From NCBI GenBank assembly GCA_902604795.1, contig CACKZV010000004.1, positions 5,337-69,336 of the forward strand: a stretch of 64,000 nucleotides of DNA, read 5' to 3'. This stretch comes from an uncultured Pelagibacteraceae bacterium (GTDB lineage: Bacteria > Pseudomonadota > Alphaproteobacteria > Pelagibacterales > Pelagibacteraceae). Each line of letters starts with the position of its first letter. Position 1 is the stretch's first letter. The notes under the pieces were generated by a model that saw only the letters and a program-made list of their open reading frames with translations, ran no database searches and had not been told where the DNA came from. This document shows, piece by piece, positions 10,012-19,014 of the stretch. The position numbers and the translations under genes are program-made.

Positions 10012-10524
10012 ATGTTTTACGATTTAAAAGATAAAAAACCAAAAAACCTTGGCGAAAATTGGGTAGCTCCCAACGCTGTTATAATTGGTGATGTAACATT
10101 AGAGAAAAACTCTAGTGTCTGGTTTAATGCAACATTAAGAGGTGATATAGAAAATATTCATTTAGGAGAAGGGTCAAATGTTCAAGACGGAAGTGTTTTG
10201 CATACTGACCCAGGTTACCCATTAATAATTGGAAAGAATGTAACCATAGGTCATTTAGTAATGCTTCATGGTTGCACAATTGACGATAATTCTTTAATTG
10301 GTATTGGGGCTGTAGTTCTCAATAAAGCAAAAATTGGAAAAAATTGTATCATTGGAGCCAAATCATTAATTACAGAAAATAAAGAAATTCCAGATAACTC
10401 ATTAGTAATGGGCTCACCTGGAAAAGTGATTCGCCAGTTAACTGATGAGGAAATTGAAGCAGTAAAACAAAATGCAATTAGATATCAGGAAAACTGGAAA
10501 AAATATTCAAAGTCTATATTTTAA
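10012..10524 (+). CDS. Gamma carbonic anhydrase family protein (YrdA-like)
   Basis: LRGD, NVQDGSVLH and IGHLVMLHGC motifs; hexapeptide repeats. Confidence 0.93.
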   Translation: MFYDLKDKKPKNLGENWVAPNAVIIGDVTLEKNSSVWFNATLRGDIENIHLGEGSNVQDGSVLHTDPGYPLIIGKNVTIGHLVMLHGCTIDDNSLIGIGAVVLNKAKIGKNCIIGAKSLITENKEIPDNSLVMGSPGKVIRQLTDEEIEAVKQNAIRYQENWKKYSKSIF

Positions 10525-10572
10525 TGAAAAAAATATTTATAGTTTTTGTCGCTTTAGTTTTTTATTCTACTT
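10524..10572 (+). repeat. 49-bp direct repeat, copy 1 (signal-peptide-coding segment)
   Basis: ATGAAAAAAATATTTATAGTTTTTGTCGCTTTAGTTTTTTATTCTACTT; 47/49 identical to 12034-12082. Confidence 0.95.
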
Positions 10573-11453
10573 CAGTAGTTGCCGTAGAAAAATTTAAGTT
10601 CAAATATAATTTGCATGAAAATTTACCAAAGAAATGGGTTACTGAATTCAAAAACATAATGAATATTGTGCAAGAAGTTATGCCTATAAATGAGAACACT
10701 AACGATTGGGTAAAGAATAATATGAAATTAACGAATATGAAACAGGGCTATGGGATGGATATCTATGCATGGAAAAGTACAAAAAATCCTTTTCCGGAAA
10801 AGCGTATTAATATGAAATACTCAGGTATTGAAGGATGTAATTCACCTGAACCATGGATGCAACTAGACATATTTCCACAAGATTGGACAAGTTCAATTAA
10901 TAAAATTCGTACTTACACTGTTATTGTTCATGAGTATTTTCATGTTTATCAAAGAGCACTTTCTCACAGAGTTGGGTGTCTGTCTAACAATAGTGCAAAA
11001 TGGTTGGTCGAGGGAGGTGCTAAAGTTTTAGAAGAGATCTATTCAAGACAATATTACAAAAAAGACCTTTTAAAGAGCGACATTCGAGAGAGAAAAAGAT
11101 GGAGTATTAAAAAGGTTACCAAAGAACCTCATTTATACGAACAACATAAGACATCACCACAAAAAAATGGATTTGATAGTAATTATGCTGGCTCTGCATT
11201 CATGTTGCTGGCTTTAGTTAATGAATTAAAAAAAAATAATCTTTCTGAAGAAGAAGCATTTGAGTTAGTTTTTAGAGAATTCTGGATACAAAGGGCTAAA
11301 CAACCCTCAGGCTGGAATTGGCAAACTAGTTTTAAAAATACTTTTGGTATGACTTTGGATGAATTTTACGAAAAATTAAGTAAATACAAAAGAAAAGATC
11401 TAAAAAAAATACTCCCAAGCAAGACATTAATGATACAGGATATTTTTAGTTGA
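10524..11453 (+). CDS. Secreted hypothetical protein with gluzincin-like HEXXH...EG motif
   Basis: Signal peptide MKKIFIVFVALVFYSTSVVA; VHEYFHVYQ followed by WLVEGGA. Confidence 0.75.
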   Translation: MKKIFIVFVALVFYSTSVVAVEKFKFKYNLHENLPKKWVTEFKNIMNIVQEVMPINENTNDWVKNNMKLTNMKQGYGMDIYAWKSTKNPFPEKRINMKYSGIEGCNSPEPWMQLDIFPQDWTSSINKIRTYTVIVHEYFHVYQRALSHRVGCLSNNSAKWLVEGGAKVLEEIYSRQYYKKDLLKSDIRERKRWSIKKVTKEPHLYEQHKTSPQKNGFDSNYAGSAFMLLALVNELKKNNLSEEEAFELVFREFWIQRAKQPSGWNWQTSFKNTFGMTLDEFYEKLSKYKRKDLKKILPSKTLMIQDIFS

Positions 11454-12037
11454 TGAAAAAACTTTTAATAATTTTAATAATTTCTTTAATTTCTCAATTA
11501 TCTCAAGCAAATGAAAGATTTATACCACTTGAATTATTCACAGGTGGGGAAATTCGTGATGATACAGAGATTAAATTTACAAAAGCCAATTTGGTCTTTG
11601 GAGAAAAGAAAAGAAAAAAAATAGTAGGACCTGAAGATTGGAAAAATCCAAATACAGGTGAGATAATTAAAGTTTATAAAAGAACAAGAAAAGGTCAAAG
11701 TGGAGTAAAAACCCAACTTTTTACTGTTACTAATGATGGACAATGTATCGGAAGAGTTTGGGATAGTAGGCGCGGTGGAAGAATAATTGTAAATGGATGT
11801 AAATTTCCTTTAGGAGTGTGGAAAGAAGGAGAAAAAAGAACATTTAACGGATCTTCTGGAGGGAAGACAAGAAAAATCGAATTGACCATTTTAAAACTAG
11901 GAAAAAAACAAAAAGATAAGATAAAATTCAATTGGAAACTTTATGATGGAGGCGGAAAATTAATGGATGATAATGATTATACATTTTCTGCTGGCAAAGC
12001 AATGACAAAACTTAATGATAAAAAAATATCTAAATGA
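11453..12037 (+). CDS. Secreted hypothetical protein (basic, probably beta-rich)
   Basis: ATG overlaps the upstream TGA (tgATG). Signal peptide MKKLLIILIISLISQLSQA; two Cys (QCIGRVWD, GCKFPLG). Confidence 0.75.
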   Translation: MKKLLIILIISLISQLSQANERFIPLELFTGGEIRDDTEIKFTKANLVFGEKKRKKIVGPEDWKNPNTGEIIKVYKRTRKGQSGVKTQLFTVTNDGQCIGRVWDSRRGGRIIVNGCKFPLGVWKEGEKRTFNGSSGGKTRKIELTILKLGKKQKDKIKFNWKLYDGGGKLMDDNDYTFSAGKAMTKLNDKKISK

Positions 12038-12082
12038 AAAAAATATTTATAGTTTTAATCGCTTTAGTTTTTTATTCTACTT
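12034..12082 (+). repeat. 49-bp direct repeat, copy 2 (signal-peptide-coding segment)
   Basis: ATGAAAAAAATATTTATAGTTTTAATCGCTTTAGTTTTTTATTCTACTT; 47/49 identical to 10524-10572. Confidence 0.95.
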
Positions 12083-13257
12083 TATTTTTAACTAATAATA
12101 TTTTTGCAGAAATTAAAGTTACAGGTTCAGGTGGAATTCATAATTGGAATGATTTTGAAAAATTTTACAAAAAACAACTTAAGAAATCCCAAAAAAAGAA
12201 ACAAAAATTAATTTTTTATGGATCAACAAGTGGAGAAGGATGGGCAACTGGATCTAAAATTGTAAAAGATATAAATGATGAGGTACATGAACAAGCTTAC
12301 AAACAGTGTATGAAAAGAGCAAAAAAATATACACAAAACGATTGTTTTTTGTTTGCAATTAATGACAAAATTGTTTGGACAAATATTGATGGACCAATAG
12401 CAAGTGTAAATATTGATGGACCAATTGCAAGTGTAAAGTTTAATTTGGAAATTGATGAAAATGATAAAAAACCTGGAAGATTTTTTAAAGATCAACCCGA
12501 CATTACAGATGAACCTCAAGTTCATTTTATTTATATATTGAATAAAGATAGTAAGGATAATGAGTGGGATATTAGTGGTAAAATGGAAAAAGAGCTTTTA
12601 GCAGTAAACGAAAAACTCTTGAAAATGACAAAAGGTAAACAAAAATTTAGATATGATATGAGAGAAGATGGAAAATTAGATATTTCATTTGTTAGATTTA
12701 ATAAGCAATATAAAGGTAATTATGGGATGAATTATCCTGACGCTTATTTAACGCAAAAAGGATTTAATGATCCTAACAAATTATATTTTGCCTGGGCTGA
12801 TGTTAAACATCGTGATGGGGGACAGGGAAGTGTTCATCATGGATATATATTTTTACAAAGTAAATACATAAGGAACGCAGATAAAAGAATGATGATGACA
12901 TTACATGAAATCTTGCATGTAAATGGTTTTGCATGGCCTTGTACTAAAGGTAATTCTAATGGACACACATCAAGTTCAACCGTCATTGGTGGACCAGTTG
13001 GAGACGATTCGTATAGACTTGGAGTTTTGTATGATCACGGTGATGATACTTGTCCAGATTTTAAAGATTCTGCTTTTCTAGATCCAACATCTGAAAACCC
13101 CTTTAATCCAGTAGAATTAAAATGTGCTATGGCAGCTGAAGTTGGACAAGGAAAAGCTCCAAATGAAAATTATGATTGGAGAAAAAGGTATTCTCATAAA
13201 AAACTACAAAAAATAAAAGCTAAAAAAACCTGGTGTACTTACAATGTTGGAAACTAA
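12034..13257 (+). CDS. Secreted two-domain hypothetical protein with C-terminal zincin-like HEXXHXXG motif
   Basis: Signal peptide; small N-terminal Cys-pair domain (AYKQC...CFLFAINDKIVW); LHEILHVNGFAWPC...GH. Confidence 0.75.
   Translation: MKKIFIVLIALVFYSTLFLTNNIFAEIKVTGSGGIHNWNDFEKFYKKQLKKSQKKKQKLIFYGSTSGEGWATGSKIVKDINDEVHEQAYKQCMKRAKKYTQNDCFLFAINDKIVWTNIDGPIASVNIDGPIASVKFNLEIDENDKKPGRFFKDQPDITDEPQVHFIYILNKDSKDNEWDISGKMEKELLAVNEKLLKMTKGKQKFRYDMREDGKLDISFVRFNKQYKGNYGMNYPDAYLTQKGFNDPNKLYFAWADVKHRDGGQGSVHHGYIFLQSKYIRNADKRMMMTLHEILHVNGFAWPCTKGNSNGHTSSSTVIGGPVGDDSYRLGVLYDHGDDTCPDFKDSAFLDPTSENPFNPVELKCAMAAEVGQGKAPNENYDWRKRYSHKKLQKIKAKKTWCTYNVGN
12381..12434 (+). repeat. 27-bp in-frame tandem duplication (NIDGPIASV x2)
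   Basis: AAATATTGATGGACCAATAGCAAGTGT / AAATATTGATGGACCAATTGCAAGTGT, one synonymous mismatch. Confidence 0.95.
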
Positions 13258-13457
13258 CTAAAAAGCAAGTCATTCACTGAGTAAATAATAAGTCCTAAAA
13301 TTATTATAAAAAATACCACAAATGCGATTTGCTCACTAATTTTCTTAGAAACTTTGGTTTCGCCTTTTTTAAATTTTCTAATTTGAAAAATACCAAACCT
13401 CATTACTGCTAATCCTCCTAAAACAAGCGCTATAGCAATAATAAATCCACTTAGCAT
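13254..13457 (-). CDS. Small 2-TM membrane protein
   Basis: 67 aa; two hydrophobic helices with a basic loop; packed directly after the upstream gene. Confidence 0.65.
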   Translation of the reverse strand: MLSGFIIAIALVLGGLAVMRFGIFQIRKFKKGETKVSKKISEQIAFVVFFIIILGLIIYSVNDLLFS

Positions 13458-13459
13458 TT

Positions 13460-14065
13460 TTATGGAACTAGCCAGTTTTGTTTATTATTTGAAATATCAA
13501 ATCTTGCTCTTCTATGGCCTTTTGCTGCAAGATAGAGCCACTCAATACTTTCAATATTACATTGAATGACGGTAAAGTTTTTATAACCCTCTTCACTTTG
13601 TTCCATAGTAAAGCCTGATTTTTCAATGTCTTCACTTAAACCTGAACTTGGTTCATCCGTTTCTGTTCCTGGTCCATTGTTTACTAAGTAACATTTTCGA
13701 CTCACATGAGCAGTTTTTGACCATGATTGCTCAGTTATTTCATTTTCATGATTGACTATGCAATTGACTTTAACTCGAAGCTGAATTTTTTCTTCTTTAT
13801 CATAAAATATTAGCGCAGCATTTTTATTTTTTTTTAATTTTGGAATTTTGTCTGATCTAATGTCGCTATGGAATTGAAGTATATTACTAGATTGGTCTGA
13901 TTTTCTAAGAACAACAATTCTTCCATCAAAGTCTGATTGATCACCACAAACAAAAACTGGAATTCGAAAAGGTGATGCTCTATTAGTCACTGCATCATCA
14001 AGCATTGACCATATTTTTTTCTTTATTTCGGAAAAGTCCTCATAGTATGGGACGGTATTTGACAT
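13460..14065 (-). CDS. Pyridoxamine 5'-phosphate oxidase family FMN-binding protein
   Basis: RIVVLR, FHSDIRSDK, QLRV and EWLYL...GHRRARF...WLVP motifs. Confidence 0.88.
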   Translation of the reverse strand: MSNTVPYYEDFSEIKKKIWSMLDDAVTNRASPFRIPVFVCGDQSDFDGRIVVLRKSDQSSNILQFHSDIRSDKIPKLKKNKNAALIFYDKEEKIQLRVKVNCIVNHENEITEQSWSKTAHVSRKCYLVNNGPGTETDEPSSGLSEDIEKSGFTMEQSEEGYKNFTVIQCNIESIEWLYLAAKGHRRARFDISNNKQNWLVP

Positions 14066-14069
14066 TGGA

Positions 14070-14945
14070 TTATTTCTTTTTTTTAAGTCTAGCGATCAAA
14101 CTAGAACTATCCCAACGATTGCCACCCATCTTTTGAACATCAGCATAATATTCATCAACAATTTCAGTAATTGGAACAGGTGAACCATTTCTTTTTGCTT
14201 CTTCAATTACAATTTTTAAATCCTTTCTCATCCAATCAACTGCAAAACCATAATCAAATTTGTCCTCAACCATAGTTTTATATCTGTTTTCCATTTGCCA
14301 AGATTGTGCCGCTCCTTTTGATATAGTTTCCATTACTTTATCAATATCTAAACCAGCATTTATACCAAAATTAATAGCCTCTGATAAACCTTGAACAACT
14401 CCTGCAATACACATTTGGTTCATCATTTTGGTTAGTTGACCGCTTCCTGACGGACCAATTAATTTTACTTTTTTACTATAGCAATCAATTACTGGTTCTG
14501 CTTTTTTAAAAGCTTCTTCATCACCCCCAACCATGACTGTTAAAATTCCACCTTCAGCACCTGATTGACCACCAGAAATTGGTGCATCTAAAAATGCAAA
14601 TCCCTTTTCTTTCGCTTTATTATAAAGTTCTCTTGATACTTCTGCAGATACAGTTGAATTATCTACGTAGATTGAACCTTCTTTAGCGCTATGAAATAAT
14701 CCGTTTTCACCTAAAGTAACTTGTTTCAAATCTTCATCGTTACCCACACAAGTAAAAATAAAATCAGCACCTTCCGCAGCTTCTTTTGGTGTTGAAGCCA
14801 TTTTACCTTTATATTCAGCAATCCATTTTTCAGCTTTAGCAGTTGTTCTATTAAAAACACTTACATTATGCCCAGCTTTTGATATATAACCAGCCATCGG
14901 ATAACCCATTACCCCGAGACCTATGAAAGCAACATTACAAGTCAT
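14070..14945 (-). CDS. NAD(P)-dependent beta-hydroxyacid dehydrogenase (3-hydroxyisobutyrate dehydrogenase family)
   Basis: FIGLGVMGYPMA, LDAPISGG and KMMNQ motifs. Confidence 0.92.
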   Translation of the reverse strand: MTCNVAFIGLGVMGYPMAGYISKAGHNVSVFNRTTAKAEKWIAEYKGKMASTPKEAAEGADFIFTCVGNDEDLKQVTLGENGLFHSAKEGSIYVDNSTVSAEVSRELYNKAKEKGFAFLDAPISGGQSGAEGGILTVMVGGDEEAFKKAEPVIDCYSKKVKLIGPSGSGQLTKMMNQMCIAGVVQGLSEAINFGINAGLDIDKVMETISKGAAQSWQMENRYKTMVEDKFDYGFAVDWMRKDLKIVIEEAKRNGSPVPITEIVDEYYADVQKMGGNRWDSSSLIARLKKKK

Positions 14946-14956
14946 AAATTATTTAT

Positions 14957-16165
14957 ATGTTTAAAAGTTTAAGTTTAAAAGTAATTATTTTTGGTTTTAT
15001 TTTTACATTTTTTTCGTGTTTTGGACAGAGTTTTTTTATAGGACTGTTTAATTCTAGTATAAGAGAAACACTTTCTATAACACATGGACAATTTGGCACG
15101 ATTTATGCATCTGCAACTCTATTTAGTAGTTTGCTTCTTATTTGGATTGGAAAAAAAATTGATGATGTAAATGTGATAAAGTTTGCAATCTTTGTTACTA
15201 TACTTTTATCTTTTTCCTCTTTTTTTTTTTCCAAAACATCATCAGTAGCTTTTTTATTTGTTGCAATTTTCTTAATGAGATTCTCTGGACAAGGATTAAT
15301 GTCTCATACAGCTTCAACTACTATTTCAAGATATTTTACAAAATCTAGAGGTAAAGCGTTAAGCATTATTTGGTTTGGTCTATCTTCAGCAGAATTTATA
15401 ATGCCTGTATTAATTGTTTACCTTTTAACACTGATTATTTGGCAAGATTTATGGGTAATTTTTTCTTTAATAGTTTTAATTTGCCTACCTTTAGCATCTT
15501 ATATTTTAGTTAAAGATGTGAAATTAGATACTAGAGAGAGCAACCAAAATGAAAAACTAAAAGAGGATAATATTAAAAACTGGAAAAGAATTGAAGTTCT
15601 TCAGGATTATAGGTTTTATATTGTTTCATTAAATATGCTTGCAATGCCCTGGATAGCAACAGGAGTATTTGTGTATCAATCATTTGTCACTAATTCTAAA
15701 GGGTGGGGTGAGTATACTATTGCGCAATCTTTTATGTCTTACTCGATTTTTTCTGTAATTACTTTACTTGTTGCAGGTTATTTAATTGATAAGTTTACAA
15801 GTAGAAAATTACTAATCTATATGAATATTCCATTATTCTTAGGAACTTTAGTGATCATATATTTTGATGCTCCACAAACTGCTTTTTTATTTCTTGGATT
15901 GGTTGGAATATCAAACGGTCTAGCTAACTTATTAGGATCATCAACATGGGCAGAAATTTACGGGGTAAAATATATTGGATCTATTAAAGCTTTGACTACA
16001 GCTTTAATGGTATTTGCAACTGCTTTTGGTACAGCATTGTTTGGTTTTTTTATAGATGCTGGATTTTCAATTGAAAAAATCGCATTTATTGCAGCAATTG
16101 CAATTGCATGCTCTATAGCTTTACTTTTCACCATTAGAAAAAAATTAAATCCAGTTTATCTCTAA
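14957..16165 (+). CDS. MFS transporter
   Basis: 12-TM pattern; GQSFFIG, RFSGQG and RGKALS motifs. Confidence 0.9.
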   Translation: MFKSLSLKVIIFGFIFTFFSCFGQSFFIGLFNSSIRETLSITHGQFGTIYASATLFSSLLLIWIGKKIDDVNVIKFAIFVTILLSFSSFFFSKTSSVAFLFVAIFLMRFSGQGLMSHTASTTISRYFTKSRGKALSIIWFGLSSAEFIMPVLIVYLLTLIIWQDLWVIFSLIVLICLPLASYILVKDVKLDTRESNQNEKLKEDNIKNWKRIEVLQDYRFYIVSLNMLAMPWIATGVFVYQSFVTNSKGWGEYTIAQSFMSYSIFSVITLLVAGYLIDKFTSRKLLIYMNIPLFLGTLVIIYFDAPQTAFLFLGLVGISNGLANLLGSSTWAEIYGVKYIGSIKALTTALMVFATAFGTALFGFFIDAGFSIEKIAFIAAIAIACSIALLFTIRKKLNPVYL

Positions 16166-16206
16166 TACTGCTTGATTTTTTTATAATCGAGGTGTATCTA
16201 ACCGCC

Positions 16207-16725
16207 ATGGCAAGAGTTACAGTTGAAGATTGTATAGATAAAGTAGATAGTCCTTATGAATTAGTACTAGTTGCAAAAGAAAGAGCAACTCAACTTAATT
16301 CTGGATTAGAACCCACATTAGATAGAGATAATGACAAAAACACTGTAATAGCATTAAGAGAAATCGCTGAGGAAACAATTAAAGTTCCAGATTTAACTGA
16401 TGCAGCAGTTTATAAATTGAGAAAGCATGTTGAGCAAATTGATGACGCCTCAGAGGACGAAGATGATATTGGTGACGATTTTGAAAATCTTTACAAAGGT
16501 GAGATTTCAAAAAGTGGTGTACCAATCCTTCCATCTAAAAGAGCTAGAAAAATCCCAGAAAAAATTCAAGTTTCTAAAGATGATTTAGCAGAGTTACAAA
16601 ATACAGCTGAACAACCTTCATCTGAACCTGTTGAAGACATACAAGAAGAAGAGACTGATGTTTCATTAGACGAAATGAAAGATCAAGAAGATACTGTATC
16701 TGACGAAACAGAAAACCAAGAATAA
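16207..16725 (+). CDS. rpoZ: RNA polymerase omega subunit with acidic C-terminal extension
   Basis: MARVTVEDC...YELVLVA...[15 protein letters not shown]; start placed at ATG 16207. Confidence 0.95.
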   Translation: MARVTVEDCIDKVDSPYELVLVAKERATQLNSGLEPTLDRDNDKNTVIALREIAEETIKVPDLTDAAVYKLRKHVEQIDDASEDEDDIGDDFENLYKGEISKSGVPILPSKRARKIPEKIQVSKDDLAELQNTAEQPSSEPVEDIQEEETDVSLDEMKDQEDTVSDETENQE

Positions 16726-16726
16726 A

Positions 16727-17869
16727 TCAGCTAAATTCTTTTATTATTTTTTCCCTGTGCTCATCTAAATCAGGAATATCACCTCTTGTTTTTTCATCTT
16801 TATATGTAGATATTTTGATTGGATTTCCTGCAGATTTAAATTCACCAATAATTTTATGGTATGATTTTACAATCATATTTCTTTCTTGAACTTGAGGATT
16901 TTCTACAGCTTGCTTTATATTAAAAATTGGTCCACATGGAATTTTCAATGCTTCCATTTCTTTTACCCATTCATTAGTAGTTTTTGAATTTAATTGTTTT
17001 TCAAAAATTTCTTTTAATTGATCCATGTTTTCACATCTTAATGAGTTAGAATTAAATCTTTCATCATTTGAAGCTTCAGGAATTTTTAATACATCACAAA
17101 GTTTTGCAAAAAGTTTATCATTTCCTGCAGCAATAATTATGTAGCTATCTTTTGTTTTAAAAGCCTCAAAGGGAGCAATAGATGGATGTCTTGAACCCAT
17201 TGGTCCTGGAATTTCATTTTTGGAGAGATACCTTGCAATTGCATTTTCTAAAATTGCTATTTGACAATCTAACATTGAGACATCTATAAAAGCCCCTTTG
17301 CCGGTTTTTTGTCTATCGTATAAAGCTGCATTAATTCCAATTGCTGTAAATAGACCAGCAGTAATATCACCAATAGAAGTTCCAACCCTTGTTGGTTCTG
17401 AATTTGGATGGCCAGTTACACTCATCAAGCCTCCCATACCTTGGACGACCATGTCATATGCTGGGAGCTCTTTTAAAGGTCCCGTTTGTCCAAAACCAGA
17501 TGCTGATGCATAAATTAATTTAGGGTACTTTTTACTTACATCTTTCCAACCAAACCCCCACTTTTCTAAAGTGCCAGGTTTAAAATTTTCTACTAAAATA
17601 TCTGCTTTAGACAATATTTTTTCAAATATTTTTTTGTCATCTTCATTTTTTAAATTCAATGCAATGCTTTCTTTTCCTCTATTCAATGACATAAAGTAAG
17701 CTGAGTAATCTTTCACAAAGGGTCCAAATTTTCTAGAGTCGTCACCTGTCTCAGGTGCTTCAATCTTTATAACTCTTGCACCTAAATCTGAGAGTATCAT
17801 TGTACAATAAGGTCCTACTAAAACCCTTGTTAAATCAACAACTAGTAAATTTTTTAATGGTCCATCCAT
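16727..17869 (-). CDS. CaiB/BaiF family III CoA transferase
   Basis: DLTRVLVGP, DLGARVIKIE, NRGKES, ENFKPG and SGFGQTGP motifs. Confidence 0.93.
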   Translation of the reverse strand: MDGPLKNLLVVDLTRVLVGPYCTMILSDLGARVIKIEAPETGDDSRKFGPFVKDYSAYFMSLNRGKESIALNLKNEDDKKIFEKILSKADILVENFKPGTLEKWGFGWKDVSKKYPKLIYASASGFGQTGPLKELPAYDMVVQGMGGLMSVTGHPNSEPTRVGTSIGDITAGLFTAIGINAALYDRQKTGKGAFIDVSMLDCQIAILENAIARYLSKNEIPGPMGSRHPSIAPFEAFKTKDSYIIIAAGNDKLFAKLCDVLKIPEASNDERFNSNSLRCENMDQLKEIFEKQLNSKTTNEWVKEMEALKIPCGPIFNIKQAVENPQVQERNMIVKSYHKIIGEFKSAGNPIKISTYKDEKTRGDIPDLDEHREKIIKEFS

Positions 17870-17955
17870 AATTAAATATATGACATTTCCTTATATTGAC
17901 TCTTACTAATAAGTTCAATTTAATAGACAATTAAATTAATTTAAAGAGGGGAAAC

Positions 17956-18966
17956 ATGTTAAAAAAAATAAGTTTTTATTTCACAACATTATTTTTAGCT
18001 TTCTCATTAATTGGATCAGCTTACGCTGTGACATTAAAAGCAAGTCACCAGTGGCCGGGCACTCCAAGAGCTGATGGTTCTTTTGATCCAAGACATGAAA
18101 TGGTTCAAATAATTGCTGATGAAGTTAAAAAAGCAGGTGTTGATTTAGATATTAGAATTTATCCTGCAAAATCACTTTACAAACCGAAAGAGCAATGGAA
18201 ACCAATGACTACTGGTCAGTTAGATATTTCAGCGTTTCCATTAGCATATGCATCGAAATTTCATCCTGAATTTGATGCAACACTAATGCCAGGAACTGTT
18301 AAAAATCATGATCATGCTTTAAGATTTAATAAAGGTCCGATGATGACAGAGATCAAGAGAATCATTAATGATGCTGGTGTAGTTGTATTATCTGATGCTT
18401 GGCTTGGTGGTGGATTTGCATCAAAATCTAAATGTATAAAAAATCCATCAGATGCTAAAGGACAAGTAATGAGAGCAGCTGGTAAAGCATTTAACCAAAT
18501 GTTGGAAGCAGCGGGAGCGGGTATTCAAAGTATGCCTTCATCTGAGATTTATACTGGATTACAAACAGGAGTATTAACTGGTGCAAACACTAGTTCAGGA
18601 AGTTTTGTAAGTTACAAAATTTATGAACAAGTAAGCTGCGCAACACCTCCAGGAAAATTTGGATTATGGTTTATGTATGAGCCAATTTTGATGTCAAAAA
18701 TGAGTTTTGATAAATTAAATTCCAAACAACAAAATGCTTTAATGGAGGCAGGTAAAGTTGCTGAGAAATATATGACTGCACAAGTCGAAAATTTAGACAA
18801 AAAATTTGAAGACGCGTATAAAGCAGCAGGAGTTAAGTTAGTATATATGGATGCAAACGACCATGCGGCTTGGGTTGAGATTGCAAAACAATCCTCTCAC
18901 AAAGCATTTGCTGAAAAAGTTCCAGGCGGTGATAAGCTGATGGAAATGGCTTTAGCAGTTAAATAA
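17956..18966 (+). CDS. dctP: TRAP transporter substrate-binding protein
   Basis: Signal peptide; SHQWPG, MRAAG and SSEIYTGLQTG DctP motifs; followed by dctQ and dctM. Confidence 0.92.
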   Translation: MLKKISFYFTTLFLAFSLIGSAYAVTLKASHQWPGTPRADGSFDPRHEMVQIIADEVKKAGVDLDIRIYPAKSLYKPKEQWKPMTTGQLDISAFPLAYASKFHPEFDATLMPGTVKNHDHALRFNKGPMMTEIKRIINDAGVVVLSDAWLGGGFASKSKCIKNPSDAKGQVMRAAGKAFNQMLEAAGAGIQSMPSSEIYTGLQTGVLTGANTSSGSFVSYKIYEQVSCATPPGKFGLWFMYEPILMSKMSFDKLNSKQQNALMEAGKVAEKYMTAQVENLDKKFEDAYKAAGVKLVYMDANDHAAWVEIAKQSSHKAFAEKVPGGDKLMEMALAVK

Positions 18967-18980
18967 AAAGATATATAAAG

Positions 18981-19014
18981 AACCCCTATTTAAAAATTAA
19001 ATAGGGGTTTTTTT
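18981..19014 (+). terminator. Stem-loop plus U-tract between dctP and dctQ
   Basis: AACCCCTATTTA-aaaat-TAAATAGGGGTT followed by TTTTT, directly before the dctQ ATG. Confidence 0.8.

Noticed and set aside
10524-12434. CRISPR or integron interpretation of the repeats
   Set aside because: Only two copies of each repeat, both inside coding sequence; no spacers, attC-like hairpins, cas or intI genes.
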